Shown: in pieces, positions 31,433 to 39,760 of the stretch | How positions within the stretch are numbered: the stretch's first letter is position 1 | Layout of the letters: each line of letters opens with the position of its first letter | Source: Sulfurimonas sp. RIFCSPLOWO2_12_36_12 | GTDB taxonomy: Bacteria; Campylobacterota; Campylobacteria; Campylobacterales; Sulfurimonadaceae | Length of the DNA: 64,000 nucleotides | Assembly: GCF_001829675.1 (NCBI RefSeq) | Contig: NZ_MIBZ01000065.1 | Direction: 5' to 3' (one strand) | Position numbers and translations under genes: made by a program | Notes under the pieces: generated by a model | What the model was told of the DNA's origin: nothing | The model's database searches: none | Seen by the model: only the letters and a program-made list of their open reading frames with translations

Positions 31433-32165
31433 TTTCCTCAAACCACTGTAACTGTTCTCTAAGTTCGACAACTTTTCCTACAACTATAAGAGCAGGAGTC
31501 GGAACATCTTTAGTTTTTTGAACAATATTTTCCAATGTTCCAACAACCACGCTCTGCTCTTTAGTTGTTCCTTTGGAGATTACCGCACATGGGTAATCTT
31601 TTGCCTTGCCAATCTCCATAAGTTTTTTACTTATTTTTGGAAGATTGTGCAATCCCATCAAAAATACGATTGTATCATCGGTTTTAAATGTATCCCATGG
31701 AATCTGAGACTCTTTTTTATGAGGAGATTCATGCCCCGTTACTACTCTAAAGCTAACGGCAACACCGCGGTGGGTTACAGGTATGCCCGCATATGCCGGA
31801 GCACTGATGGCCGATGTAATACCGGGAATAATTTCAAATTTAATGCCTCTTTCATAAAGATACTGAGCCTCTTCGCCGCCGCGTCCAAAAACAAAAGGGT
31901 CACCGCCTTTTAGACGAACTACATTGTCATATTTTAAAGCATTTTGATATATAACCTCATTAATGTCATCTTGAGGGACAATATGGCGTCCATCCTCTTT
32001 GCCGACATAGACAAACTCACACCCATTTTTGGCTTCACTTAAAATATCTGGGTTGGCTAAACGGTCGTAAATAATTACATCCGCTTCTTTAATTACACGA
32101 AGCGCTTTTAGAGTTAATAACTCTATATCCCCGGGGCCTGCACCCGTTAAATAAACTTTACCCAT
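31425..32165 (-). CDS. cobA: uroporphyrinogen-III C-methyltransferase (SUMT; NirE role in heme d1 synthesis)
   Basis: 246 aa with 'VYLTGAGPGD.ELLT.KA', 'DVIIYDRL' and 'RLKGGDPFVFGRGGEE'. Confidence 0.9.
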   Translation of the reverse strand: MGKVYLTGAGPGDIELLTLKALRVIKEADVIIYDRLANPDILSEAKNGCEFVYVGKEDGRHIVPQDDINEVIYQNALKYDNVVRLKGGDPFVFGRGGEEAQYLYERGIKFEIIPGITSAISAPAYAGIPVTHRGVAVSFRVVTGHESPHKKESQIPWDTFKTDDTIVFLMGLHNLPKISKKLMEIGKAKDYPCAVISKGTTKEQSVVVGTLENIVQKTKDVPTPALIVVGKVVELREQLQWFEENA

Positions 32166-33301
32166 TATTTAGCCTCTTCGTAAACAAATATACCGGACGG
32201 TTTTTTAATATTGAACATCTCACGAGCTAAATACCACTCTTTTGTGTTTATAACGGCAACTTTGTTTGTGTCATTAACTGACACATAAAGGTTTGGTCTA
32301 AGATTTGACCATCTTGCATGAAGAACTTTTCCGTCAAATTCAAATCTCTTGACGACCTCTAGAGTTTGTGTATCTATGATTTGAACAACCGGAAACTTAT
32401 CACCGCTAAAAGTTACAGCCATATATTTTTGGTCAGGACTGAGTGCCGTAAAAACAGGCAAGCCTTCAACTTCTATATTTTTCACAAATTTAAAATCTGA
32501 AGTGTAAACTAAAACTTTGTTGTTTCCAACCGCAGGTATAAAGACATTGCCGTCACTGATGCTCCAAAAGCCAAAGTGAGGAACTTTCAGCACAGGTTTT
32601 CTATCTTCAAGCAAAATTTTAATTTTTGAGTATGTCATCGTATCTAGGTCAACTACGCCAAAAAAATCACTTTTGAAAAATCCAGTAATGAAATTGTTGT
32701 TTTTTATCATCGCGTCAAAAGGCATCACCCCGACATCTTCAAACTCTTTGTATATTTCAAAATTCGGAAGACCTTTGCCCTCATTTTTATCTTTTAGTAC
32801 AGTGATTTTATCATTATCCATTTGAGAAAAAATAAGATAATCTTTATACTTTTTAATACCTACATTTTTAGAGTTTGTTTCAAAAGATTTGATTGGGTTT
32901 AGGTTTCTGTCCAGTATATCAACGCTCTTTTTGGCATAATTTGCAACGGCTATATAATTTTCCTCTACCGTAAAACCGATAGCACTGTCGCTTGTTTTGT
33001 ACTCTTTGATTATTTTTTCACTCTCAGGGTCAAACTTTATAATATATCCGTCGCGGGAGATAGCATAACCGTCTTTGCCATAGAACTTTACAACTCCATG
33101 ACTCATATCGCGCATACCTTCTATGTGCCCTTTCGTCATTCCTTGTTCGATAACTGCTAAAGAACTGTTCTCTCTCTCAACTACAAATATTTTTTCGTTG
33201 CCTTTTAGTTCCGCAAATATAGGATTTACACCTTTTGCATGTGCATTTATAAAAAGTGTTGCTATTAAAGAAGCACCTAGTAGTACTTTGTTTATTTTCA
33301 T
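32165..33301 (-). CDS. nirF: NirF-like heme d1 biosynthesis protein (cytochrome d1-type beta-propeller without a c-heme motif)
   Basis: Signal peptide 'MKINKVLLGASLIATLFINAHA', a propeller-like repeat pattern, no CxxCH, and a position between nirJ and nirE. The ATG at 33299-33301 shares one nt with the nirJ stop (TAATG). Confidence 0.7.
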   Translation of the reverse strand: MKINKVLLGASLIATLFINAHAKGVNPIFAELKGNEKIFVVERENSSLAVIEQGMTKGHIEGMRDMSHGVVKFYGKDGYAISRDGYIIKFDPESEKIIKEYKTSDSAIGFTVEENYIAVANYAKKSVDILDRNLNPIKSFETNSKNVGIKKYKDYLIFSQMDNDKITVLKDKNEGKGLPNFEIYKEFEDVGVMPFDAMIKNNNFITGFFKSDFFGVVDLDTMTYSKIKILLEDRKPVLKVPHFGFWSISDGNVFIPAVGNNKVLVYTSDFKFVKNIEVEGLPVFTALSPDQKYMAVTFSGDKFPVVQIIDTQTLEVVKRFEFDGKVLHARWSNLRPNLYVSVNDTNKVAVINTKEWYLAREMFNIKKPSGIFVYEEAK

Positions 33302-34422
33302 TAATTTTTCCTTCTTTCTTGCTCGCTTAAGTAGCATGATGGATCTTCGCTCCATAAATCACCGGTTATCGCATAAGCTCTTGATCTTGAGCCGCCGTTG
33401 CAGATGTCTATCTGTTCGCACTCGGCACATATACCGCTAATACGTTTTCTTGGATGAATTCGTAATTGGTCTAGCAGCTCGCCGCTTTGCCAAATATCAC
33501 CAAAATTTTGATTTATTATATTTCCGACAGTTAGAGGAAAGAATGGGTCGGGACGCACATCTCCCTCACTGTTAATATTTAAAAGTTTGCGTCCTGCACT
33601 GTTCCCGCCCCAAGCAACCAAACGATTGCGCATTGTCTCTTTTAATTCCGGATACTTTAGAGCAAATCTATTTAAAAAAAGAATTGCATCTTGTTCCATA
33701 TTGCCCGTTACAATCTCAATATCTCTGCCTGTTTCGTAGTACTCAAATGCTTTATCAAGAATAAATTCTACAGACTCTCTTCTTTGCTCTTTTGTTAAAT
33801 CCATTTTTAAATTGTCCAGTCCGCGACCGGAGTATACAAGATGAGAGATGTAGATTTTTGAGATATTCTCTTTTTCAGCTAAATCAAAAATATACTCTAA
33901 TGAGTTTATAGTCTCTTTTGTGATTGTAAAACGAATCCCGACTTTAGCTCCGGTCTCATTTGCAAGACGAACTGCCTTGAGCGTTTCTCTAAAAGCGCCT
34001 TTTAAACCGCGGAAGTGGTCATGTGTAGGCTCATCGCCGTCTATGCTTATTCCGACATAATTAAAAGTGTCAACAATTCTTTTTACATTACTTGTAGTAA
34101 AGTATAAACCGTTGCTAGAGAGGTATGTAATTATGCCGTTAGCTTTGCAAAAATCAGCAATCTCAAATAAATCTTTTCTTGTGAGCGGTTCCCCGCCGGA
34201 GAAGATTATAAATTTCACCCCATTGGCTTTCATTTCCAGAATAGTTTTTTTAATCTGCTCGGTCGTTAATGTGTCAACTTCATCTAGCGTAGATTTCGAG
34301 TAACAGTGCAAACAAGAAAGGTTGCAGCGATTTGTAAAATTCCATATAGCAATTGAACCATCAAGCACTCTCTCAGGTTTTCCTTCGACTACGGATGAAA
34401 TTAGATTTGATAGCCTAAACAT
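33301..34422 (-). CDS. nirJ: radical SAM heme d1 biosynthesis protein NirJ
   Basis: 373 aa with 'CNLSCLHC' (CxxxCxxC) and a C-terminal Cys cluster 'CAECEQIDICNGG' (SPASM-like). Confidence 0.85.
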   Translation of the reverse strand: MFRLSNLISSVVEGKPERVLDGSIAIWNFTNRCNLSCLHCYSKSTLDEVDTLTTEQIKKTILEMKANGVKFIIFSGGEPLTRKDLFEIADFCKANGIITYLSSNGLYFTTSNVKRIVDTFNYVGISIDGDEPTHDHFRGLKGAFRETLKAVRLANETGAKVGIRFTITKETINSLEYIFDLAEKENISKIYISHLVYSGRGLDNLKMDLTKEQRRESVEFILDKAFEYYETGRDIEIVTGNMEQDAILFLNRFALKYPELKETMRNRLVAWGGNSAGRKLLNINSEGDVRPDPFFPLTVGNIINQNFGDIWQSGELLDQLRIHPRKRISGICAECEQIDICNGGSRSRAYAITGDLWSEDPSCYLSEQERRKN

Positions 34423-34728
34423 TTATTTGCCTTTGTATGAGAGAACATATTTAGCAATATCTTCTCTCTCTTTATCGGTTAATTTTAATTTTGTCATAAC
34501 GGTTCGTTTATATCCAAAAGCTTTATACATAGACTCTGGGTCTATAATGTAAGCCTGAATCTCTTCATTCGTTCTCTTCTGCGCAATTTCGCTAAAAGGC
34601 GGACCAAATGCAACAGCTGTCTGATGGTGACATCCCCAGCAGTATGTTTCAAAAACTTTCTTCCCATCCGTATCGTTTGCCAATAAAAATGAGGTGAGTG
34701 CTAACGCTATCAATATACTTTTTTTCAT
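34423..34728 (-). CDS. monoheme c-type cytochrome (NirC/c55X- or c551-like)
   Basis: 101 aa, signal peptide, single 'CWGCH' heme motif, and a Met-containing C-half. Its stop directly abuts the nirJ start. Confidence 0.75.
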   Translation of the reverse strand: MKKSILIALALTSFLLANDTDGKKVFETYCWGCHHQTAVAFGPPFSEIAQKRTNEEIQAYIIDPESMYKAFGYKRTVMTKLKLTDKEREDIAKYVLSYKGK

Positions 34729-34898
34729 ACTTTTTCTTTTGTTTATTTTATTATTCTAGCCTAAGTAAGCTTGAATAATGGCTTATAAATGTCATAAATT
34801 AAAATTTTTATATTAATTGTTAAGATGTGAATAGCTGCTGAATTATAGATTTTTATTATAATGTATAGGTAATTTTAATTAAATGGTTGAATGATTTT

Positions 34899-34928
34899 AA
34901 AAAGCATTCTCTCCGCAAAGGGAGAGAA
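34899..34928 (-). terminator. Rho-independent terminator after nirS
   Basis: Minus strand reads 'ttctctcc-ctttgc-ggagagaa' followed by 'tgcttttt', 13 nt past the nirS stop. Confidence 0.6.
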
Positions 34929-34940
34929 AACAAGTGCAAA

Positions 34941-36584
34941 TTATGCACCTGGAATAGTTTGTCTGTGCTCGATTGAGTAAGTAAATGTAGGAGTTGTTAA
35001 ACCAGTAATGTATTTAACAAATTTACCTGTTTTAGATTCGTATACACCGATACGACCTGCATTCCACTCAGAAATCATAGTCCAGTAACCATGGTTAGCC
35101 GGCTCAGCGTGAAGAATTCTAGGAACAAGTGCTTCGCCCTTCTCATTTTTTACAGTTGGAACATCCCATTTGTATAGTACTTTGTGAGTTACAGGGTCTA
35201 TTACTGTACCTTCAGTTGTACCAACAGTTATGATTCTATCAACTTCAAGAGTTTGCTTGTTGATCAAGTGAACTTGATTCCAAACTTCGCTTGATCCAAG
35301 TACATTGTCTGCCCATAGGAAAGGAGTGTGCTCAGATGTACCGATAAATAGACCGCCACCGCCGATTGGAATTTGACGAATAACATCAAAGTTATCATCC
35401 CAAATTGTTACTTGACCTAAGTTCATGTTAACAGTAGCGCCAAGTTGTTGACCTAAGCCCTCATTGTACCAAGAAGAACCTTGACCTGGGTGTGGTTTAG
35501 ATGCTGGACCTGTATAGATTTTAGTAACTAAAGATTTAGTTTTAAAGTCTACAACACCAACAACGTCACTTCCTTGAGAAGCGATAAATAGGTAACGACC
35601 AATCTCTTTACCTTCATTTAAGAAACCATCATGAAGAATATCTCCAATGTTTGGAATATCTCCAACAATTGGGTAGTTTGGTTTAGAGTAATCTACGATA
35701 TAAACGTGACCACCGTCTTTAAGTGCGAATGCAATATAAGGACCGTACGGAGTATCAAAAATACCAGCTACACGAGATGAATCGATGTCACCGTTTGGTT
35801 TGATAACGCTTGAAGTCGGGTAAACTTTTAACGGCTCAAGAGTCATAGCATCAAGTAGAATAGCTCCGCCCGGTACATAGTTACCAGCCATTAGGAATTT
35901 ACCATCCGGAGATACTGCAAGACCGCGAGATTCAGAACCAACTTGAACTTCAGCAATTTTTTGTTGACCCGGTGTATTTAAGTCAAACATTGTTACTAAA
36001 CCTGAACGAGAGATTGAGTAAGCATAACGAGGTTGACGCTTGTTTGTAACTGTTACGTGAACAGCGAAACCAGCTGGGTGCTTAGATAAAATTTTACCGT
36101 TTGTACCATCAACGAATGCAACGCGCTCAGCATCTCTTTCTGTTACGAAACAGATATCTGTGTTTTTCTTAACATCAGCAGGATTTGGATATTTTGTAAA
36201 AAATGCTGCTCTGTCATTAAGAGGCTTCCAACCAGCTTTAACTGTCTCTAAAGTAAGTTGTTTAATAACTCTGCCTTTAAAGTGTTGAATATAATCAACC
36301 ATTTTATCAGCATCGTCTTTAGAGAACTTATCTTTAAATGAAGGCATAGCAGTACCTGCACGGCCATTTAAAATAACTTCAGTAAGTGCATAAGCATTTT
36401 TCTTAGCAGTAACCGCTGGACGTAAATCAGAACCAACACCACCCTCTAAGTTAGGACCGTGACAACCTTGACACTCTTTTTCGAAAACTTTCTCTACGTC
36501 CATCGTACTAGCCGCTTGAACAAGCATACCTGAACCAACAACTGCCATAGCAGCAACTGACATAACTAATTTATTTAATCTCAT
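34941..36584 (-). CDS. nirS: cytochrome cd1 nitrite reductase NirS
   Basis: Signal peptide, 'CQGCHG' heme c site, and a d1 eight-bladed propeller region. Start set to ATG 36582-36584, with AAGGAGA 7 nt upstream. The track's extra 17 codons are a translated GC hairpin. Confidence 0.95.
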   Translation of the reverse strand: MRLNKLVMSVAAMAVVGSGMLVQAASTMDVEKVFEKECQGCHGPNLEGGVGSDLRPAVTAKKNAYALTEVILNGRAGTAMPSFKDKFSKDDADKMVDYIQHFKGRVIKQLTLETVKAGWKPLNDRAAFFTKYPNPADVKKNTDICFVTERDAERVAFVDGTNGKILSKHPAGFAVHVTVTNKRQPRYAYSISRSGLVTMFDLNTPGQQKIAEVQVGSESRGLAVSPDGKFLMAGNYVPGGAILLDAMTLEPLKVYPTSSVIKPNGDIDSSRVAGIFDTPYGPYIAFALKDGGHVYIVDYSKPNYPIVGDIPNIGDILHDGFLNEGKEIGRYLFIASQGSDVVGVVDFKTKSLVTKIYTGPASKPHPGQGSSWYNEGLGQQLGATVNMNLGQVTIWDDNFDVIRQIPIGGGGLFIGTSEHTPFLWADNVLGSSEVWNQVHLINKQTLEVDRIITVGTTEGTVIDPVTHKVLYKWDVPTVKNEKGEALVPRILHAEPANHGYWTMISEWNAGRIGVYESKTGKFVKYITGLTTPTFTYSIEHRQTIPGA

Positions 36585-36612
36585 TTTATTTCTCCTTCTA
36601 AAATAGATAAAC

Positions 36613-36635
36613 GTGCAGGCCCGAAGGCCCGGCAC
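36613..36635 (-). other. GC-rich RNA hairpin with a cUUCGg tetraloop between the small ORF and nirS
   Basis: Minus strand 'gtgccgggcc-ttcg-ggcctgcac'. There is no following U-run, so it is not a canonical terminator. Confidence 0.5.
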
Positions 36636-36649
36636 AACTTAGTAACTGA

Positions 36650-36802
36650 TTAACTCTCTTGCTCTAGACGAGCTTTTTCTTGTTTGTAAATCCAAAACAT
36701 TGGAAGTACGATAACAGTATGTAAAAAAATTGTTAGAGTCAAAGGACCTTGGTTTAACCAACCAAAGAAACTTGGAACTACATCTACAAATGGTTCAAAC
36801 AT
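36650..36802 (-). CDS. unannotated 50-aa membrane protein between norB and nirS
   Basis: Own translation: MFEPFVDVVPSFFGWLNQGPLTLTIFLHTVIVLPMFWIYKQEKARLEQES. AAGGAGA lies 5 nt upstream of the ATG, and the ORF starts 11 nt after the norB stop. Confidence 0.55.
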   Translation of the reverse strand: MFEPFVDVVPSFFGWLNQGPLTLTIFLHTVIVLPMFWIYKQEKARLEQES

Positions 36803-36812
36803 AACTTTCTCC

Positions 36813-38237
36813 TTAACGTTTGTGATGAGTAGCTTTGCCGATACTCAACAAATCTGCAACTAGAACAAAGAAACCTAAGAATGTAACAACACCCATAATA
36901 AGTCTCCAATCCATACCTTGCATAAACCACATACTAGCTTGACCTTCGAAGTAACCTGACCAAGTAGCACCCATTTGTGCACGAGATACAAGAACATCTA
37001 CATATCCAGAAAGTGTTAGCGCCGCTGTCATACCAAGAACACCACCAAAAATCATACTAGTTCCCCAGATTGATTTCTTAGTTGCATTCATTACTTTAAT
37101 ACCGTTTTTACCTTGAACTGCAAGGTAGAACATACCGATAAGAAGAGTTCCATAAGCTCCAAAGAACGCTAAGTGTCCGTGTGCCGATGTAAACTGTGTA
37201 CCGTGTGTATAAAGGTTAACTTGTGGGAATGTATGGAAGAAACCCCAAACACCAGCACCTAAGAAGTTACCGATTGCATTAAGAACAAACCAAGTAAACG
37301 CAGGCTTGTTTGCAATAACAGAAACATCTTGACCTTTTGCACTCTCTTCACCTTGCATTTTTCCCCAGTCATAAAGAACGTGGATAAACATAGCAACAAG
37401 TGGTAATGGCTCTAATGCAGAGAAAAGTGCTCCAATTTCCCACCAGTATTCAGGTGTACCGATCCAGAAGTAGTGGTGACCCATACCAAGGATACCAGAA
37501 CCAAATAGCATAGCTACTTCAATCCATAACCACATTTCAACAACTTTACGGTGTGCACCAATCATAGTGATTAGACCATAAGCTGCAATTGAACCAACGA
37601 AAACTTCCCAAGTAGCTTCAACCCAAAGGTGAATAACCCACCACCACCAGAATTGATCAATAGAGATGTTGTCAGTATAACCCATACCTGCCAAGTAGAT
37701 ACCAGCAAACGCTAGCATGTCAGCCATAAGTACAGTAACGATACCTGAACGGTTACCTTTCATTCCTGTTGCATAAAGGTTATAGATAAAACCAAGAACA
37801 ACAACAACGATACCGATATCAGCCCAACGAGGTGCTTCAATATACTCACGACCTTCATGTATCAACCAAAGAGATGTTTCATCTGCCGGTCCAACTTGAA
37901 CTAGTAAGTAAACAAGAACAACAACAACGATAGCAGCAGCAAAAACCCAGAAAAGAAGTTTTCCTAAGCCAATACCTACTGTTTCGATACCAGTTTCATC
38001 CGGTAATAACCAATAAACTGAACCAATCATCGCAAATACCATCCATACAACAAGCGCATTGATGTGTATCATTCTTGCAACAGAAAAGTCCACGATTTCA
38101 AATAGGAATCCCGGTATTACATATTGTGTCGCAGCTACTAAACCAAAAAGTAGTTGTGCACCAAAAATAATCGCAGCAAAAGTAAAATACCATGTTGCTA
38201 ATTTTTTTGATTCTGTCGTTAAATAACTATTTGCCAT
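36813..38237 (-). CDS. norB: nitric oxide reductase large subunit NorB (cNOR)
   Basis: 'ARMIHINALVVW', 'WWWWVIHLWVE', 'GMGHHYFW' and 'TSAHGHLAFFGAYG'. Start moved to ATG 38235-38237, which has AAGGAG plus 6 nt and an N-terminus 'MANSYL..SKKLATWYF' typical of NorB. Confidence 0.93.
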   Translation of the reverse strand: MANSYLTTESKKLATWYFTFAAIIFGAQLLFGLVAATQYVIPGFLFEIVDFSVARMIHINALVVWMVFAMIGSVYWLLPDETGIETVGIGLGKLLFWVFAAAIVVVVLVYLLVQVGPADETSLWLIHEGREYIEAPRWADIGIVVVVLGFIYNLYATGMKGNRSGIVTVLMADMLAFAGIYLAGMGYTDNISIDQFWWWWVIHLWVEATWEVFVGSIAAYGLITMIGAHRKVVEMWLWIEVAMLFGSGILGMGHHYFWIGTPEYWWEIGALFSALEPLPLVAMFIHVLYDWGKMQGEESAKGQDVSVIANKPAFTWFVLNAIGNFLGAGVWGFFHTFPQVNLYTHGTQFTSAHGHLAFFGAYGTLLIGMFYLAVQGKNGIKVMNATKKSIWGTSMIFGGVLGMTAALTLSGYVDVLVSRAQMGATWSGYFEGQASMWFMQGMDWRLIMGVVTFLGFFVLVADLLSIGKATHHKR

Positions 38238-38880
38238 GTACTGCTCCTTGAATTTTTCCAAAGTTTCTTGGGAAACCATTTGTATCTATTGATGACATAT
38301 GTTTTAAGAAAGCAACTAAGCCTTTAGCCTCTTCAGCAGTAATACCAAGATCTGGCATCATACGAGCATGAGTAGGATATTGAGATGGGTTTTGTAAAAA
38401 CTCAGACATCGCCTCTTCTTTTGTACTTTTACCTGTCATAGCTTGCATTGAACCCTCAGGACCCCATGCCGGATCTAGCCAAGCTTTTGTTAAGTCTGGA
38501 GCATAGTATGCACCATTTCCAAGAAGTGTATGACAGTTCATACAGTTTTTAACTTGTGAACCCAATTTTCCTAAATGAAGTAATTCTGCAGCTTCTTCTT
38601 CGCTCCAGTCATCTCTTCCGAAAAACATCTCTTTTTCACCAATTACTGGAATTTCATGGCCACGTTTTTTGTCCATTTCATAAGTAATTTTATAATTAAT
38701 AACTGTAGGTCCTGGAACCCTTTTTGTTACACCATTTTGTAAATCTGCATTCGTACCCATCGTTATTTGTGGTATCGTATCAAACGTTAACCAAATAAGA
38801 AGCATTGATGCGAAACCTGTAACCCACGCCGCTGACCGTTGCCAGAAACGATTGTCACTCCATACGGATTTTTTAGCCAC
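38227..38880 (-). CDS. norC: nitric oxide reductase cytochrome c subunit NorC
   Basis: 217 aa with an N-terminal TM anchor and 'CMNCHT'. Overlaps the norB start by 11 nt. Confidence 0.85.
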   Translation of the reverse strand: MAKKSVWSDNRFWQRSAAWVTGFASMLLIWLTFDTIPQITMGTNADLQNGVTKRVPGPTVINYKITYEMDKKRGHEIPVIGEKEMFFGRDDWSEEEAAELLHLGKLGSQVKNCMNCHTLLGNGAYYAPDLTKAWLDPAWGPEGSMQAMTGKSTKEEAMSEFLQNPSQYPTHARMMPDLGITAEEAKGLVAFLKHMSSIDTNGFPRNFGKIQGAVHGK

Positions 38881-38917
38881 TGTACCCTCCTATAAATTAT
38901 GGGTCAATATATATAAG

Positions 38918-39244
38918 TTAGTGTTCATTCTCTTCGTGAACACGATCTTGCATGTAATAGACTGCATGTGGAAGTAATAATATTCCAATAGCAGCAACAA
39001 CTAAAGCCTTGGCTGTAAATTCATTTACATGCATGTAGCTTCCCATAAGATATAAACAGTAAGCTGTCAATATCCAAAAAAGGTAGCTAAAAGGCATAGC
39101 CCAATTTTTAAGCAGTTTAACTTTTACAGCTGTATATATACCAACATAGAATCCTCCAAATACTAAAACAAGAGTAGAAGATACAAATATTGTTAAGAAC
39201 TCATCAACAAGAATATCTTTTGTCATTAAGACTTCACCAACCAT
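38918..39244 (-). CDS. 3-TM membrane protein, first gene of the nor-nir transcription unit
   Basis: 108 aa with an AGGGGA RBS. Lies 37 nt upstream of norC and downstream of an FNR-type box. Confidence 0.55.
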   Translation of the reverse strand: MVGEVLMTKDILVDEFLTIFVSSTLVLVFGGFYVGIYTAVKVKLLKNWAMPFSYLFWILTAYCLYLMGSYMHVNEFTAKALVVAAIGILLLPHAVYYMQDRVHEENEH

Positions 39245-39314
39245 TTTGCTTCCCCTTCAATCATCAAATTTTTCAGAATCAAGAGAAGTTTAGTCCTATT
39301 TAGTTTAAAATCAG

Positions 39315-39328
39315 TTGATATAAATCAA
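39315..39328 (-). promoter_or_regulatory. perfect Crp/Fnr-family (DNR/NNR-type) box TTGAT-N4-ATCAA
   Basis: 'ttgatataaatcaa'. On the minus strand a TAAACT -10-like hexamer follows about 30 nt from the box centre, giving class II geometry. Confidence 0.55.
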
Positions 39329-39444
39329 TTTTTTTACTTAATTTAAAATTTAAGGTTTGTTTTATTATTTCTGTAACAATCTGAAACATATTGTACTTTT
39401 TAATATCAATTTTAGTAATACAGTATGCTTATTTTTTAGCTTGG

Positions 39445-39639
39445 CTAAATGAAGTGCAGAAGAGATGAGAGGGTAAAAGCAAATATAAGCGTTGACACTA
39501 TTGTAGCGACTCGCTTCTGCCTTTCTGTAATGTTATATTTTTCTTCAAGATACTCCCCGATTTTTATTCCGGGAAATACAGAAAATATTAACATAGGAAC
39601 ACTCATAACACAAATAATTAGAATATCTTGAGGTATCAT
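39445..39639 (-). CDS. small 2-TM hypothetical protein
   Basis: 64-aa ORF that is hydrophobic at both ends. No RBS check was possible beyond the AT-rich upstream sequence. Confidence 0.3.
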   Translation of the reverse strand: MIPQDILIICVMSVPMLIFSVFPGIKIGEYLEEKYNITERQKRVATIVSTLIFAFTLSSLLHFI

Positions 39640-39760
39640 TTAAAACTCTTTTGTTAAATTTAAATTTTATTTTATCTCAATTATTATATCATTGATTAAT
39701 TAATTTTTTTTAAATAGAATTAATTTTACATGTAATTTAGATAAAACAAAAGGATTCAAA

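Noticed and set aside
34729-34900. Search for a second FNR/DNR box upstream of the cytochrome c-nirJ unit (e.g. 'ttgaatgattttaa')
   Set aside because: Only one half-site resembles TTGAT, and the partner half does not match ATCAA. It also abuts the nirS terminator, too far from the gene start.
36585-36635. 17-codon N-terminal extension of nirS ('MPGLRACTFIYFRRRNK')
   Set aside because: The extension is the translated GC hairpin. The internal ATG at 36584 has a strong AAGGAGA RBS and begins a normal signal peptide.
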